Assembly (NCBI RefSeq): GCF_006345805.1
Contig: NC_042998.1
Span: 75,516,001 to 75,580,000, forward strand
DNA: 64,000 nucleotides
Origin: Octopus sinensis
Taxonomy: Eukaryota
Reading direction: 5' to 3'
In this document: positions 24,842-38,211 of the stretch, in pieces
Layout: each line of letters starts with the position of its first letter
Position numbering within the stretch: the first letter of the stretch is position 1
Notes under the pieces: model-generated
The model's input: the letters and a program-made list of their open reading frames with translations, nothing else
What the model was told of the DNA's origin: nothing
The model's database searches: none
Program-made: the position numbers and the translations under genes

Positions 24842-25369
24842 GCCTTTAGATTTCAAATATAAACACAGCTAGATTCGCCTGTAAACTGGTTGCCTATGTA
24901 TCCTAATTTTTCAAAACAACCGCGTCGATGCAGTTAATTTCCGGCGACAGAGACGATGCCGGTAAAAATTTCGAACAAATCTATCAAAAATATCATAATA
25001 AATGATATTAGGATAATAAGAATTATAGAAATTATTATTACCAGTGGCCTAGCACAAAAAAAATAGTCAATAGACTATATATTGTTCACATAAAAATATC
25101 GTGTACATTAGAACACATTAAGAGGCTTCCAAATAGGAAAGCCTTGTGCTAGAAAGAGCAGTAGAAAACTCAAACCACTAATTATGGATAACTTCTCGAA
25201 AGGATTGAAAATTAAAAACGTTTACCATCTAATTTAGCTCCTAGAACATGGTTTCTAGCTTTTGTCTCCGGAAATAAACTGCATCGACGCGGTTGTTTTG
25301 AAAAATTAGGATATATAGGCAACTGGTTTACAGGCGAATCTAGTTGTGTTTATATTTGAAATCTAAGGT

Positions 25370-25444
25370 TTCCTACTGACGAAACTAGCCTCAGTGAATA
25401 TCTTTTTTTTTTATTGGAATGAGTTAGAAACCATGGTCTAGGAA
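25370..25444 (+). ncRNA. Type I hammerhead ribozyme
   Basis: ttccta-CTGACGA-aact-agcctcagtgaatatc(t)n-attggaatg-agtt-a-GAAACCATGGTC|taggaa; predicted cleavage after 25438. Confidence 0.8.
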
Positions 25445-25764
25445 CTAAATTAGATGGCAAACGTTTTTAATTTTCAATCCTTTCGAGAATTTATCCATAA
25501 TTATTGGTTTGAGGTTTCTACTGCTCTTTCTAGCACCAGGCTTCCTATTTGGAAGCCTCTTAATGTGTTCTAATGTACACGATGTTTTTATGTGAATAAT
25601 ATATAGTCTATTGACTATTTTTTGTGCTAGGCCACTGGTAATAAAAATTTCTATAATTCATATTACCCTAACATTATTTATTATGTATGTATATATATAT
25701 ATATATGTATGTATTATATATACGTATGTATGTATGTATATATATATATATGTATGTATATATA

Positions 25765-25805
<41 letters not shown>

Positions 25806-25951
25806 AAAAATATCGTGTACATTAGAACACATTAAGAGGCTTCCAAATAGGAAAGCCTTGTGCTAGAAAGAGCAGTAGAAAACTAAAACCACTAATTATG
25901 GATAAATTCTCGAAAGGATTGAAAATTAAAAACGTTTACCATCTAATTTAG

Positions 25952-26021
25952 TTCCTAGACCATGGTTTCTAACTCATTCCAGTAAAAAAATATTCACTCA
26001 GGCTAGTTTCGTCAGTAGGAA
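25952..26021 (-). ncRNA. Type I hammerhead ribozyme (copy of 24772-24841)
   Basis: Same sequence, offset by 1180 bp. Confidence 0.8.
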
Positions 26022-26550
26022 GCCTTTAGATTTCAAATATAAACACAGCTAGATTCGCCTGTAAACTGGTTGCCTATGTATCCTAATTTTTCAAAACAAC
26101 CGCGTCGATGCAGTTAATTTCCGGCGACAGAGACGATGCCGGTAAAAATTTCGAACAAATCTATCAAAAATATCATAATAAATGATATTAGGATAATAAG
26201 AATTATAGAAATTATTATTACCAGTGGCCTAGCACAAAAAAAATAGTCAATAGACTATATATTGTTCACATAAAAATATCGTGTACATTAGAACACATTA
26301 AGAGGCTTCCAAATAGGAAAGCCTTGTGCTAGAAAGAGCAGTAGAAAACTCAAACCACTAATTATGGATAACTTCTCGAAAGGATTGAAAATTAAAAACG
26401 TTTACCATCTAATTTAGCTCCTAGAACATGGTTTCTAGCTTTTGTCTCCGGAAATAAACTGCATCGACGCGGTTGTTTTGAAAAATTAGGATATATAGGC
26501 AACTGGTTTACAGGCGAATCTAGTTGTGTTTATATTTGAAATCTAAAGGT

Positions 26551-26625
26551 TTCCTACTGACGAAACTAGCCTCAGTGAATATCTTTTTTTTTTATTGGAA
26601 TGAGTTAGAAACCATGGTCTAGGAA
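26551..26625 (+). ncRNA. Type I hammerhead ribozyme (copy of 25370-25444)
   Basis: Same sequence; predicted cleavage after 26619. Confidence 0.8.
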
Positions 26626-27167
26626 CTAAATTAGATGGCAAACGTTTTTAATTTTCAATCCTTTCGAGAATTTATCCATAATTATTGGTTTGAGGTTTCT
26701 ACTGCTCTTTCTAGCACCAGGCTTTCCTATTTGGAAGCCTCTTAATGTGTTCTAATGTACACGATGTTTTTATGTGAATAATATATAGTCTATTGACTAT
26801 TTTTTGTGCTAGGCCACTGGTAATAAAAATTTCTATAATTCATATTACCCTAACATTATTTATTATGTATGTATATATATATGTATGTATTATATATACG
26901 TATGTATGTATGTATATATACATATTTGTTTATATGTATGTATATTATGTATATATATATATATATATATGTATGTATATATACATATTTGTTTATATGT
27001 ATGTATATTATGTATATATATATATATATATGTATGTATTTATGTATGCATGTATGTATGTATGTATGTATGTATGTATGTATGTATGTATGTATGTATG
27101 TATATACGTATATGTATACGTATATGTAAGTACACATGCATATATACATGTATTCTTCTACAGCTAT

Positions 27168-27495
27168 ATTCGAAGATTGGCTGAAAAGCTCATAGGCTGA
27201 TAATGAAGGAAGGAAATCTAACTTTTTTTGTTTCTCTCCTGGTAAACTGATAGCTGACAATTCAAAGAAGATATCAAAAGTAATTAGTAACCACAATGGA
27301 CAAAATTTAGCAGCGGTGTGTTATCAAGTACGTAAAAGAGTCTAGCGCCCAAAGACATTCATGCTGACATGCTTGTCACATAAGTGGATGACGCTGCAAC
27401 TATATCAACAGTGCAAAATTGGGCAGCTGAATTTAGGAGAGGAAGGGATAGTCTTAAGGATTATTTCAGGTTTGGACATCATGCAACTCTACATA
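27168..27495 (+). mobile_element. Mariner 5' fragment (TIR-like end and decayed N-terminal HTH region)
   Basis: TIR-like cgaagattggctgaaaagctcataggctga. Frameshifted MDKI*QRCVIKY...PKDIHADM...STVQNWAAEFRRGRDSL. Confidence 0.75.
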
Positions 27496-27504
27496 TATAC
27501 AAGA

Positions 27505-27575
27505 GAGACGAAATGGCGAAATGCCGCTAAGGATTTTGTCTGGTGTGCTATAATGATTCTGCCAGCTCGCCGAGC
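27505..27575 (-). mobile_element. SINE 5' head fragment
   Basis: acgaaat...ccgctaagga...tgattctgccagctcgccg is related to the 3' end of 17965-18184 as read on the plus strand. Confidence 0.6.
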
Positions 27576-27875
27576 CAAAGAAATATCTTCCACCAGCTGA
27601 CGGTTTTTCCGACATACATCGTTAATTGAATTGGCTATCCTCAGATACGTCCGCACCACTTCAGATTCACAGTACAACACTCTTCTAAACAGCTACCAAA
27701 TATTTTGGTAACCAAAGATTCTGGTACATATTGCAATTATCTTTGTTCGTATCCTGTTTTCATCATCACCTACTCTCCCCACCTGCTATTTATTCACACC
27801 ATCCTTTCTTATTTTCTGTACCTCACTTGATCTCTCTTTCTATCCCATTCTCTACCTATTCCTCTCTCTCTCTCG

Positions 27876-27918
<43 letters not shown>

Positions 27919-28099
27919 TCACCCTACTCTTCAACTCACTCTTTCATGCTCCTATCAAATATCCTCTGTGGTATAAAACACGCATGACCAACGCTCACTC
28001 CCCACTTATTACATAATCTCCTGAAGATCTCATTAACTTTTTTACCTTCTGAAATGTAACGTGTCTGGAATGACACAACAATGCAGCGTAGACTGTAAT

Positions 28100-29450
28100 A
28101 ACTATTATAACTAACTTAATTATTCATAGTCTAATATAATATTTCAGAATATGAAAGTTCCTTCTTCAGATATTGCTAGGAATTAATGAAGTCACTCTTA
28201 TAGTCGGTTTTACAATGGTTACTGAAATTTGTCGGAAGCGTCCCTACAGTGGGCTCACGAAGCTCCTTTCGGAATTCCTCATGAGAAGTGCGATGAGTGT
28301 GGTCATGTCTCGAGCTCATGTGTGTTGGCATATCCGCAGCGCTGCTTCCATGTTATTATTATACGTGCATTTTTTTATGTTATGTTTTGTTACATGAGCA
28401 TGTTATCATCGTGCATGCAGGGTGTCAATGTTATTAAATAATATAGTGATTGTTAATTTCCAACCTGTTGTTAATTTGGGGCCCTAGTCTATCTACGAGG
28501 ATAACCTCCTTAATTCTTAAATTTCTTAAATTTCTTTCGTGAGACTCAATTGTGACTGTTATGTTTTGTGGGTGTTCCGGCAGCTGTTTAGACGTTTTCT
28601 GAAGGAAGAGTCTCGCGTGTTAAGATGTCCTTTGATGCGAATGTGTAATGGTCTTGTTGTGCTACCCACATAAAATTTGTTGCATTTGTTACATTGGACT
28701 TGATATACAACATTTACTCGTTGGCGTAAATCTGTGCCACGGATCTGGATGCGTAAGTTCATTTCTAACGCATCCTATATTTTGGCACCGTGTGGAAGGC
28801 CTGAATTTTAGTGAACAAAGATATGTCTACTGGTTGCTCTCCCGAAGAACTCGGTGTGGATCTCTCACCCGTTATTTTCAATTGGAACTCGAGTAAAGAT
28901 AGGGATCCAGTGTTGTCGGGATGTTCTATAGTGAACCGTATATTCATGCCCATGCCGTTGAACGTTGTGAATATTCTGTCGGGCTCTTCACCAGAGGATG
29001 TGCGTATGAAGATGTCATCTGCATACCTGGTGAAGAAGGTGCATGAGTGGCAGATGTTGAGTGCTCGACTTTCCAGATGGTTCATATAGGTGATGGCCAG
29101 TAGGCCCGACAGACTGTATCTCATGAGACCCGTTTTCAGCTTGTATGTGTGATCATGGAAAGAAAAGTAGGTTTTGTCCACGATGATGGACAATAGTTGA
29201 TGTATATCAGCAGCGGTGAGTCCAAAGCAGTGGATGTCGAGCGCTAGTATGCAATTATTCAATAGGTTGACCATCGAGTGTGCTAGTACAGTTGTGTATA
29301 TCGAGACAACATCAAGAGTAAAGGTATATCTGCTTTTCTGAGTTGGTTTGGGGGTAGTTGGCACAGTCTTTTGGTTTCGGTTTCAGGTTCTTCCTCTACG
29401 TAAATATTCTCGAAGCGCCTTCTTTCTTTTCCTCGCGATGCAATACACTA
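28100..29450 (-). mobile_element. Decayed, internally deleted Penelope-like element
   Basis: RT remnants LDVVSIYT, YFSFHDHTYKLKTGLM, FTRYADDIF, IRFTIEHP; GIY-YIG NVVYQVQCNKCNKFYVGSTTRPLHIRIKGH; frameshifts present. Confidence 0.88.
28133..28174 (-). ncRNA. Probable decayed hammerhead in the pLTR of the 28-29 kb PLE
   Basis: Minus strand: aatat-CTGAAGA-agga-actttcata-ttct-GAAA-TATT-atatt. Stems I and II pair, but stem III is abnormal. Confidence 0.4.
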
Positions 29451-31806
29451 ACGATATACTTTTGTTTCGTTGGGGTGGGATATTTAGCAATCGTTGACTT
29501 GTCGACACTTTTGTAGAGGTGTTACTGGTTTTAATATTACTTTATTAAACAATTTGCGTCACGTGCGATTGGTTGATCTGTACTGAAAATTAGGTTAACA
29601 AATGTCTAGTTAAACCAGATGATATGTTTCGTTTTTGTTTTGCTACAGCTTTCGTACGAAGCTGATTATTTTCTATAAACCAATTTTTTCCAATGTATTT
29701 TTATGAATATGTGAAGAACATCTAGCATATCCTCTTGTAGTTAAGTCAATTGCTGCCAGTTTTTTTACAGAAAGCTAAGTGTGACTACCTAAATATGATA
29801 CAAGTTCTCAAAGTTTGAAGTGTACCCCGATTTTATCAATGTACTTGCTCAACCAGATATTATTTAGATCACTATAGATCAGTTAATCTACTGTGTCATA
29901 AGCACAACAAGGGATAGTTAATTGAAAACACGTAGAATAAGTAGAAGCCAGATCGGAGCTACAGACGCATTTTGTAAGCAAGTTAGCTAAAACATTAAAT
30001 TTGACATAAATTTCAACATTTGGACAGAATCATGTTTAAATGATTTGTGTAAATATTTAGCTGTTATGCACTAAAAATATCTGCTATAGTAATAGTGGTG
30101 GTGATTTTGTTGGCGAAGAAATAAGAAGAATTTGTAAGTGAGGGCTTTGAAGCGAAGGAAATGTATGGTGACGATGGAATTGATAATATTGGTAGTGTTT
30201 GTTCTGTTTACATAGTAGTGTCAAAACAGCTTTAAGAAAATGTCTTTGAAACAGACAACAGAGAAATGCCCCTTGTTTTATGTGAAGTTTAAAGTTTTGA
30301 TACCATTATTGATATTCATTAAAATCTTCAGATCATTATATCCGCTGAATGTGAAGATAATTTTCGAACCTCATGAATATTTATAGAACTTTGCATTATT
30401 TTATTGATATCAAATAATCAAGCCCCTATTATTAACTTTTTATCCTTCCCATGAATATTTTATAAAGAAGATGTTTATTCTCAAGATGAATGAGTATGAA
30501 ATATTTTAGTCTCAAATTGGAGTTAATCTTAAAATACATTTAAAATTTTCCGACAATATTTACTTTTTATGCGAGCAACGATATTTGTTTCTTAAGTTTA
30601 TAACAGTGTTTTCTTGAAGGTATATTACACCTTATTACTCATAAGTGAAAAACAGAAAACAGCGATATGTAATATATATAAAATGATTCGTATTATCCTA
30701 TGGAGGTTTGTGAAACCTAAATATTTGTATAAGTAAGGCTGAATTATATGTATTTGTAAATATTTAAATAGTTTATACAACTTTGAAAATTAAGACATCG
30801 AGTGTGGTACACGAAAGAAAATGAAAACCTAATGGGATGATGTAGAAATATAAACGAGAAACAAACTAGTCGTTCTAACTTCATTCCAGTTCTTCTACAA
30901 TACGTTAGAAAGTGAATAATTGAAAGAGAATTTGATAAAAGGAAATATTAAAATATGAAGCGGGGAAAGTGTCAGCAAAACAGAACAAAAAAAGAAACAT
31001 AATAAAATAGAGGAATTATAACATGAGCGAGGAAAAGAGAGCAAAAACGTGTCATGTAGGATTGCATTTCCAGACATTTTCCAATAAGGAATTTTTGCTA
31101 GAGATTCCTTATATTTGGCCGCAACCATATGGCTAAAAACAAAACAAACAACATAAATACCAGCTAATAACTACTTTCTTCACGTTACTCCCTCACGATG
31201 AATATTTTATTTTTGCTATAATGGAACAAGAACTCCCAAGTTAAAGCGGCAGAGCTTTCACCGATGTTGTGTAATAAACATAGCACAGAGAACAGAGTAA
31301 ATGTAAGAGTCTATATTTTTATAGCATAAAAACACGTGTGGATATACCTTAACAGAATATAGAAAAGCAATCTTGAGGAAGATTTCTGTGAAACGAAACC
31401 AACTATTTTTTCCAGAACTGCGGTCCTTTTATCTTTGAAATAGTAAATGCAAATCGGAATGGCCTCCGGTTTATTTCGAAATTTAATAGACAATGTATGA
31501 TCTGAAAAAAGTGTTCAAGCTATTCCACCACCAAAACGATCTTTACTAACTTTGATGAGCTCGTCTCTATCTCTTATCAATCAAACTTGCTCTGCTGGAA
31601 GCACCTTGCTGGAAATTTTTACCATTTGTTCACTTTACTTCAAATCCTCAAAGCATATATCCAATGAAGCAACTCCCAAACTATTTTACTTTACGATCTA
31701 GTTTTGCCACAACGTGCTACTGTTACACATGCCAGCATGTCAGACCCCACCCAAAAGAATTGCTAAATATTAAATCACCTTCAACGCACATACATGCTGA
31801 TTCCTT

Positions 31807-31854
<48 letters not shown>

Positions 31855-33002
31855 TTGTCTATTGTTCTGTCTATGTATCTGCCTTTTCTATCACTAGTAC
31901 AATAACATTTGCTCCAGTTAGCTAGCTGAATAAACTCTCAATCAATAATTACCATTCTTATTTCCTTCCGCCACCTATCAGCTTCTTAATTCCCGGAACT
32001 TCAGCTAACCATTTCGTCCAGTTATATCTCTATAGAATTAAAATAATTTAGAATTTTGTTCCTAGCTGTGATCAGACAGCCACCAACAGATCAACAAGTA
32101 GAATACCAACTACATTAATATTGTCTACATGGTAGGTTCTGCATAGTTATTGGATACTTCTAAAACAAATTTAATTTGTTTATCATCAGAAGAGACACTA
32201 AATTTGACATCTTCGTTTTAAGTGACAGCTTCTGAAAACAAAGTACTTGGTCTTAGTATGCATATGAGTAATATTAATTCTCCACGTCTACTTCCATAAC
32301 TCTTGGAAGGCATGAACGCAGACATTAAACGCACAAGGGTATAATATGCTTAAAGAATTTTTTACAAGCCCCTTAACCAGAAATCGAAGCAATTTATGAC
32401 CATTTTGAAATACTGCAGCTCCTAGTCAGCTGTGCATACGTCTAGCTCCAGTTCATACAACCAAATTTATGCCCATAAGCACAGAAATGTAGAGACACAG
32501 ATGTTTAATATGTATTTTCTGATATTGATATTGCATTACATAACATTCGAATAAGCTCAGGTTATTTTCCAGATATATTGAACTCAAAAAGCTGTTTATA
32601 AATATTTGTCTACGGATGATATTTTCAGGAATTTAATATAAAATTGCATTGGAATCAGGACATAAAATATGCTTTAATTTTGTCTTTTAAAGCAATATAA
32701 AAAGCCTGCCTTATTTAATAGGCTCCATCACCTTTTTCATTTAATACATTCTGGTATTTACACTGATATAACTCTTGTTTCAGCCAGAATGTTTTATATA
32801 TGTGAAATTCAATAACGATTTTTGTAAATGGACAGTCAGTTTAGATGTATACGTTATCGAATTCAGCACTAGACAATCGAAAATTTTCTCATTTCCGTTG
32901 TATAGATATATACCGACATTTTAATTCCAATATACTTCAAATTTGCGTTTTAATTTCGGTACAATAATATGATATTTTTAAAAAATTCGTTATAAGTATA
33001 TA

Positions 33003-33092
<90 letters not shown>

Positions 33093-33836
33093 TTTTCCTT
33101 TCTTGAGAAGAATAATGTAATGAAATATTGAGCACATGACTATAATTGTGTTATAAACTTTTGTCAGTATTCCTATAAAAAGAATATATTCATTTAGACA
33201 ACTTATCAATTTACGGCAAAGGAAATATATTTCTAGCATCGAGAAAACAGTATTTAGACATATAGACGCTACGCTTCAATTTTATAATTCTTGACATTAT
33301 TAATCTATGTTTACTGGAACGAAAATTGTTGTTCATAGAATACTAATTTAATGATGCAATATTTTCAATATTTAAAGGAACATATTTAACATCCTCCAAT
33401 ATTCGAGTTATATTTATCGAACAAGTCCATTATAATGCAAAATTATCACTTCCAGTTGAGTTCTTTATAACATTCCATATCTTTCAAAAATCTTAGATTT
33501 TGTTTCAGCAGAAAAAATATTTTGGTATTTCTTTTCCAGGTATAAACCACTACCATACCATTATTGCACAAATACCACAGTATTTTATGAATATAATTAT
33601 TAAATTATTCACACGGCTTGAAAAAATCAGTGAGTGTTTTTACACTAAATACAGACCAGCGTAAAACGCGAATCATGAATTTTGACAGGCAACCATGTTT
33701 ATAGTCTAAAACTTTCTTTGTTGTTGTTGCTTTGTGATGGAGACTTTTTATGATAGTTAATTCCTTTTAGCATTACGATGAGTTGGTTTGCTTTGAGAAG
33801 CCAGAATCTAACATTTCGAACATTTATCTTTCTTCG

Positions 33837-33895
<59 letters not shown>

Positions 33896-35126
33896 TAGAG
33901 GTTAATAACGTTTCGAATATCTGTCTTTCTTCGAGGAGACTACAGAGGTCACCTTTAGCTTCATTATCATATATACATATACATGAAACGGTTGACACAA
34001 ATTTAGACTAAGCTACGTGAAATGCTTTTCATTCTTACCTCCCTATATCTCCTCTCCTCCTCGGTCTAAAGACGGTTTTTATTCATTCCTCGCTATTTTC
34101 TTTTACATTGTGTGATTCTACCTAATTCTTCCTCATCCTGTGCTCCTACTCACCACTCATCGCAAGAGTTTATCCGACTCTCCTCCCTGTGTATTTTATA
34201 CTTTTTCACCATTCTTGAACTCCCCAGATTGTCTGCAAGTCTCACAATTTAATAAAACACATTTCTTTCTTTCTAATTTACGTGAAAAACGCTTCTCATA
34301 CCAAGTATTAAGCATACATCTATTACATAAGTTTTATTTTTTCTTGACCAATTTCTTTTACTAGTTCTTAACCATACTTCTGAAACTCCTTCAAATATCT
34401 CCGGATTTGTTACCAATACTGTCTATTTTGTGTACTTTTGAATAACATTTCTGCCCTCAAACAACTTGTATTTTTTCTTCCTTTCTCCATGCTACTCTGT
34501 CCCTCTCTCTCCCTCTAACTCTCTCTCTCTCTCTCTTTTAATTAGTGATTTGCATTGTAATTAATTTTTCTCTCAATATTCTCTCCCTGAATTCGCTCCA
34601 TTCCTCTCACTTTCTTTCTTCTGCTTCATATCTTCCTTCCATGTAACAATGTCTCACATCCTTACAATTGCAAACACTTCAATCAGAATCACTTCGTTCC
34701 CTTTTAATTCACACTCATGCCCGCTTTTACATCATAACTTCTAGATCTTTCCCACACACACCAGTAACTCATATGATCCATTAACATCACATATTCCCAC
34801 AATTACACACTATTACATATATACGCACACCACAAAGACACACACCGTTTCTTCCTATAGAGTCAAGCACATAAAGATCAGCCACATCCCCTCTGCTTCA
34901 CTCCCTCATAGAACTGCATTCCACTATTTAACGTCTCAATGCTTTTCTTATACTTCTCCTGGAAGATTAACATTCGAAACTTTAAGAATATTTTATTTCA
35001 AACGTTAAACTAGCCGCATTTACAAATATATGACATGCATAGACAAACACATACACACAAACACACGCACCCACGCACCCACGCACCCACGCACCCACGC
35101 ACCCACGTACCCACGCACCCATAAAC

Positions 35127-35167
<41 letters not shown>

Positions 35168-35227
35168 TACATATACACATACATACATATATACATATAT
35201 GTATATATATGTATATATATGTATATA

Positions 35228-35299
<72 letters not shown>

Positions 35300-35635
35300 G
35301 TATGTATGTATAATTACAAAGCTGCGTCAAATTTAAAAAGTTGACCGCACACATTGTTGAGATGAGCAGTGTTCTATGGCCCTCGGGTCAGTAAGACTCG
35401 CTGACTAGAACTAAGTGACATTTTCACAAAGTCGGAATCGTGACGATGCGAGTATGTCTAGCTTTTCATTTTATGATTCTTTTCGTTATTGGTACGGGAA
35501 CTTAGAATTTCTGCTCATTTCTCCGATTTCAATAAATGTGTAATAGGGAGGGAAATTTTATGATTGTAGTTGTCTTCTGACTGCTATTTTTAGCGTGCTG
35601 GTGCTGCTTGTAGCACCCTTAATTATATATATATG

Positions 35636-35714
<79 letters not shown>

Positions 35715-35716
<2 letters not shown>

Positions 35717-37290
35717 CGCCAAAGTAACCATGAAAAGAGGAAAACTAGTTAAGAGTAACAACATCACACTAGATAAAACCAATGAAATAAAAGAATTAGA
35801 CCAAAGCCAAACTTACAAATACTTAGGAATCCATGAACTAGATAAGACACAACACACACAAATGAAAGAGAAAATAAAAAAAGAATATTATAGACGAGTT
35901 AGATCAATACTAAAAACAGAGCTCAATGCTAAAAACAAGATAATAGGTATCAACACTTTAGCTGTCCCAGTTATAAGTTACAGCTACAATATCCTTAACT
36001 GGACACGAAATGAACTGTCCAAAATAGATAGGAAAACAAGAAAAATACTGACAGGATCTAGGATGCATCACCCAAAATCTGACATAGAAAGACTATATAT
36101 ACAACGTATAGAAGGTGGTAGAGGCCTTATACAGCTGGAAAACTACTATAAAATAACCACCATAGGACTGCAAAAATACCTACTTCAGAAGGAAGGAAAA
36201 CTGATCCAGATAGCAGCAAAACACGAGCAAAACAAAAAACTGTTCTCAGTATTTAAGGAAGCTGACAAATACAAACAAGAAATCATACCACCTAATAAAC
36301 ACAAAGAAGAAGAAGAAGATGATGAAGAAACAACAAAAGCTATAAAACAAATGAAATCCAAACTATAAATAGAACAGCAACGAGCCATGATAAAACGATG
36401 GCAAGAAAAGCCCCTTCATGGTAAATACTGCACTAAACTAAACGCAAAAGAAATAGACAAAGAAAAATCCCAGCAATGGTTGAGAAGCTCAGGACTCAAA
36501 GCAGAAACAGAGGGATTTTTAATTGCAGCACAAGACCAAAACCTCCCCACCAGAAATTACCAAAAACATGTAATGAAAAGAAATATAACAAGTAACTGCA
36601 GAATATGTGGAGATGGACAAGAAACAATAAATCATATTATCTCTAGCTGCCCAGTCCTGGCTAAGAAGGAATATATTCACAGACATGACAGAGTTGGAAC
36701 CTACATACATTGGAAGCTATGCCAACATTATGGAATAACAACAGAAAAAAGATGGTATAGGCACACACCAGAAAAGGTCACAGAAAACGAGAAAGCAACC
36801 ATACTCTGGGATATGCCGATACACACAGATAGAGAAATTAAGGCCAACAGACCAGATATAGTTGTCAGAGATCATGAAGGAAAAAAATGCTTTCTAATTG
36901 ATGTATCAATACCGGCAGATGACAACGTGTCTCTAAAGGAAATGGAGAAACTCTCAAAATACAAAGACCTGGAAATAGAGATAACTAGAATGTGGAACCT
37001 GAAAACAGAAACAATTCCTATCATAGTAGGTGCATTAGGCATGATAAAAAGATATTCAGACAAGTACATAACAAAAACACCAGTACTTACAAACACATAT
37101 AACATACAGAAAATTGCACTACTAGGCACTGCACACATCCTACGCAGAACACTTTCCATACAATAACCATCAGAGCATCACAACAAATCACAGCACATAC
37201 CCAAGGCACACAGAGCTGCGCTCGGTAGTGAAGTGAAAGCACGCTATAAAAATAATGATACTGAATAATAATAATAATAATAAAAATAAG
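35715..37290 (+). mobile_element. 5'-truncated Dong/R4-clade LINE inserted in (TAA)n
   Basis: RT C-terminus YKYLGI...LYIQRIEGGRGL; CCHC knuckle CRICGDGQETINHIISSC; REL endonuclease RPDIVV...LIDVSIP...KYKDL. (AAT)n lies on both sides (35641-35714 and 37263-37280). Confidence 0.93.
35730..37166 (+). pseudogene. Dong/R4 ORF fragment, single in-frame stop at 36366-36368
   Basis: ORFs 35730-36368 and 36387-37166 are in the same frame, separated by one TAA. Confidence 0.9.
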
Positions 37291-37827
37291 AGGTAAAATT
37301 GATTAAATAATTAATCAATTAATTAATTAATAATTAATAATTTTACCAAGTAATCAGTACGTTAAAATAACATTTTTAGGTGAATTATACTAAATATTCA
37401 ATAATTATATACATAATTATAATCAGAATTCAGCTTAAGGTAGATGGAAAGACATTAGCGTCTATTTCTAATTCGGTACGTGCATACATACATACGATAT
37501 TAGCATATAATAATGTATTAATACATTAAGATATATCAAATACATTATAATATAGGTGGTCATGGCGATTAAAACCAGAAAGGTAAAAATTAATAAATGA
37601 GAGTGCAAAATAACACCTACAATTGCTAGAAATGAGAGTCAAAATTTAAGTCGAACAGCCACACGAAAGCACTAACCTCATGAAATAATCGGGACTGCGA
37701 GCAGCAATCCACAATATTTTTCTTTGGTGAGATGCACTCACAGAATGAAGTAACTTGATAAAACCTTATCACGTAATTTTGAAATTTGATCAATATGACC
37801 TTGTTTCTCGTCAGAAGTTTCCACAAT

Positions 37828-37863
<36 letters not shown>

Positions 37864-37936
37864 ACACACACACATACTCACATTTATGTATTTGTTATGC
37901 AAGATTCCTGACATGAAATCGTGTGTTGAAACAGAC

Positions 37937-38199
37937 TATATTTGCGGATAGTATTTTTTGCCAATTAACCACACGCACTATATACGTGGTCTATTCTTCA
38001 GCTTCATTTAGTGTTCCTGGGCTGAAATCTTTCGTTACACATTCTGTGACCTCTTCAATGACTCTCCTTCTACGGTGTCACAGGATGTGTAACAAATGAT
38101 TTCAAGCAAACGATACTAAAATAAAAAATGAAGCTGAAGTGAAAATCAGGTTTATAATGACTGTAGTTGATTGGCAAAAATATAATCTCCCGAAGTATA
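37937..38199. mobile_element. Foldback MITE with TA ends (Tc1/mariner-like)
   Basis: Nested inverted blocks tttttgccaattaac/gttgattggcaaaaa, cttcagcttcattt/aaatgaagctgaag and gttacacattctgtgac/gtcacaggatgtgtaac; TATA at both termini. Confidence 0.6.
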
Positions 38200-38211
38200 A
38201 ATATATACATA

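Larger units (their letters stand above)
24580..26920. repeat. Two near-identical 1180-bp units, each a tandem-plus-inverted arrangement of an ORF-less hammerhead-bearing monomer
   Basis: Unit 1: A(+) 24621-24950, spacer 24951-24994, B plus partial A(+) 24995-25260, inverted [B+A] 25261-25686. The unit repeats from 25801. Internal period is 466 bp. Confidence 0.9.

Noticed and set aside
30895-31132. Minus-strand ORF behind a strong-looking acceptor (ttgtttttAG|ccatatg)
   Set aside because: No good donor and no recognisable domain; cannot be supported without RNA data.
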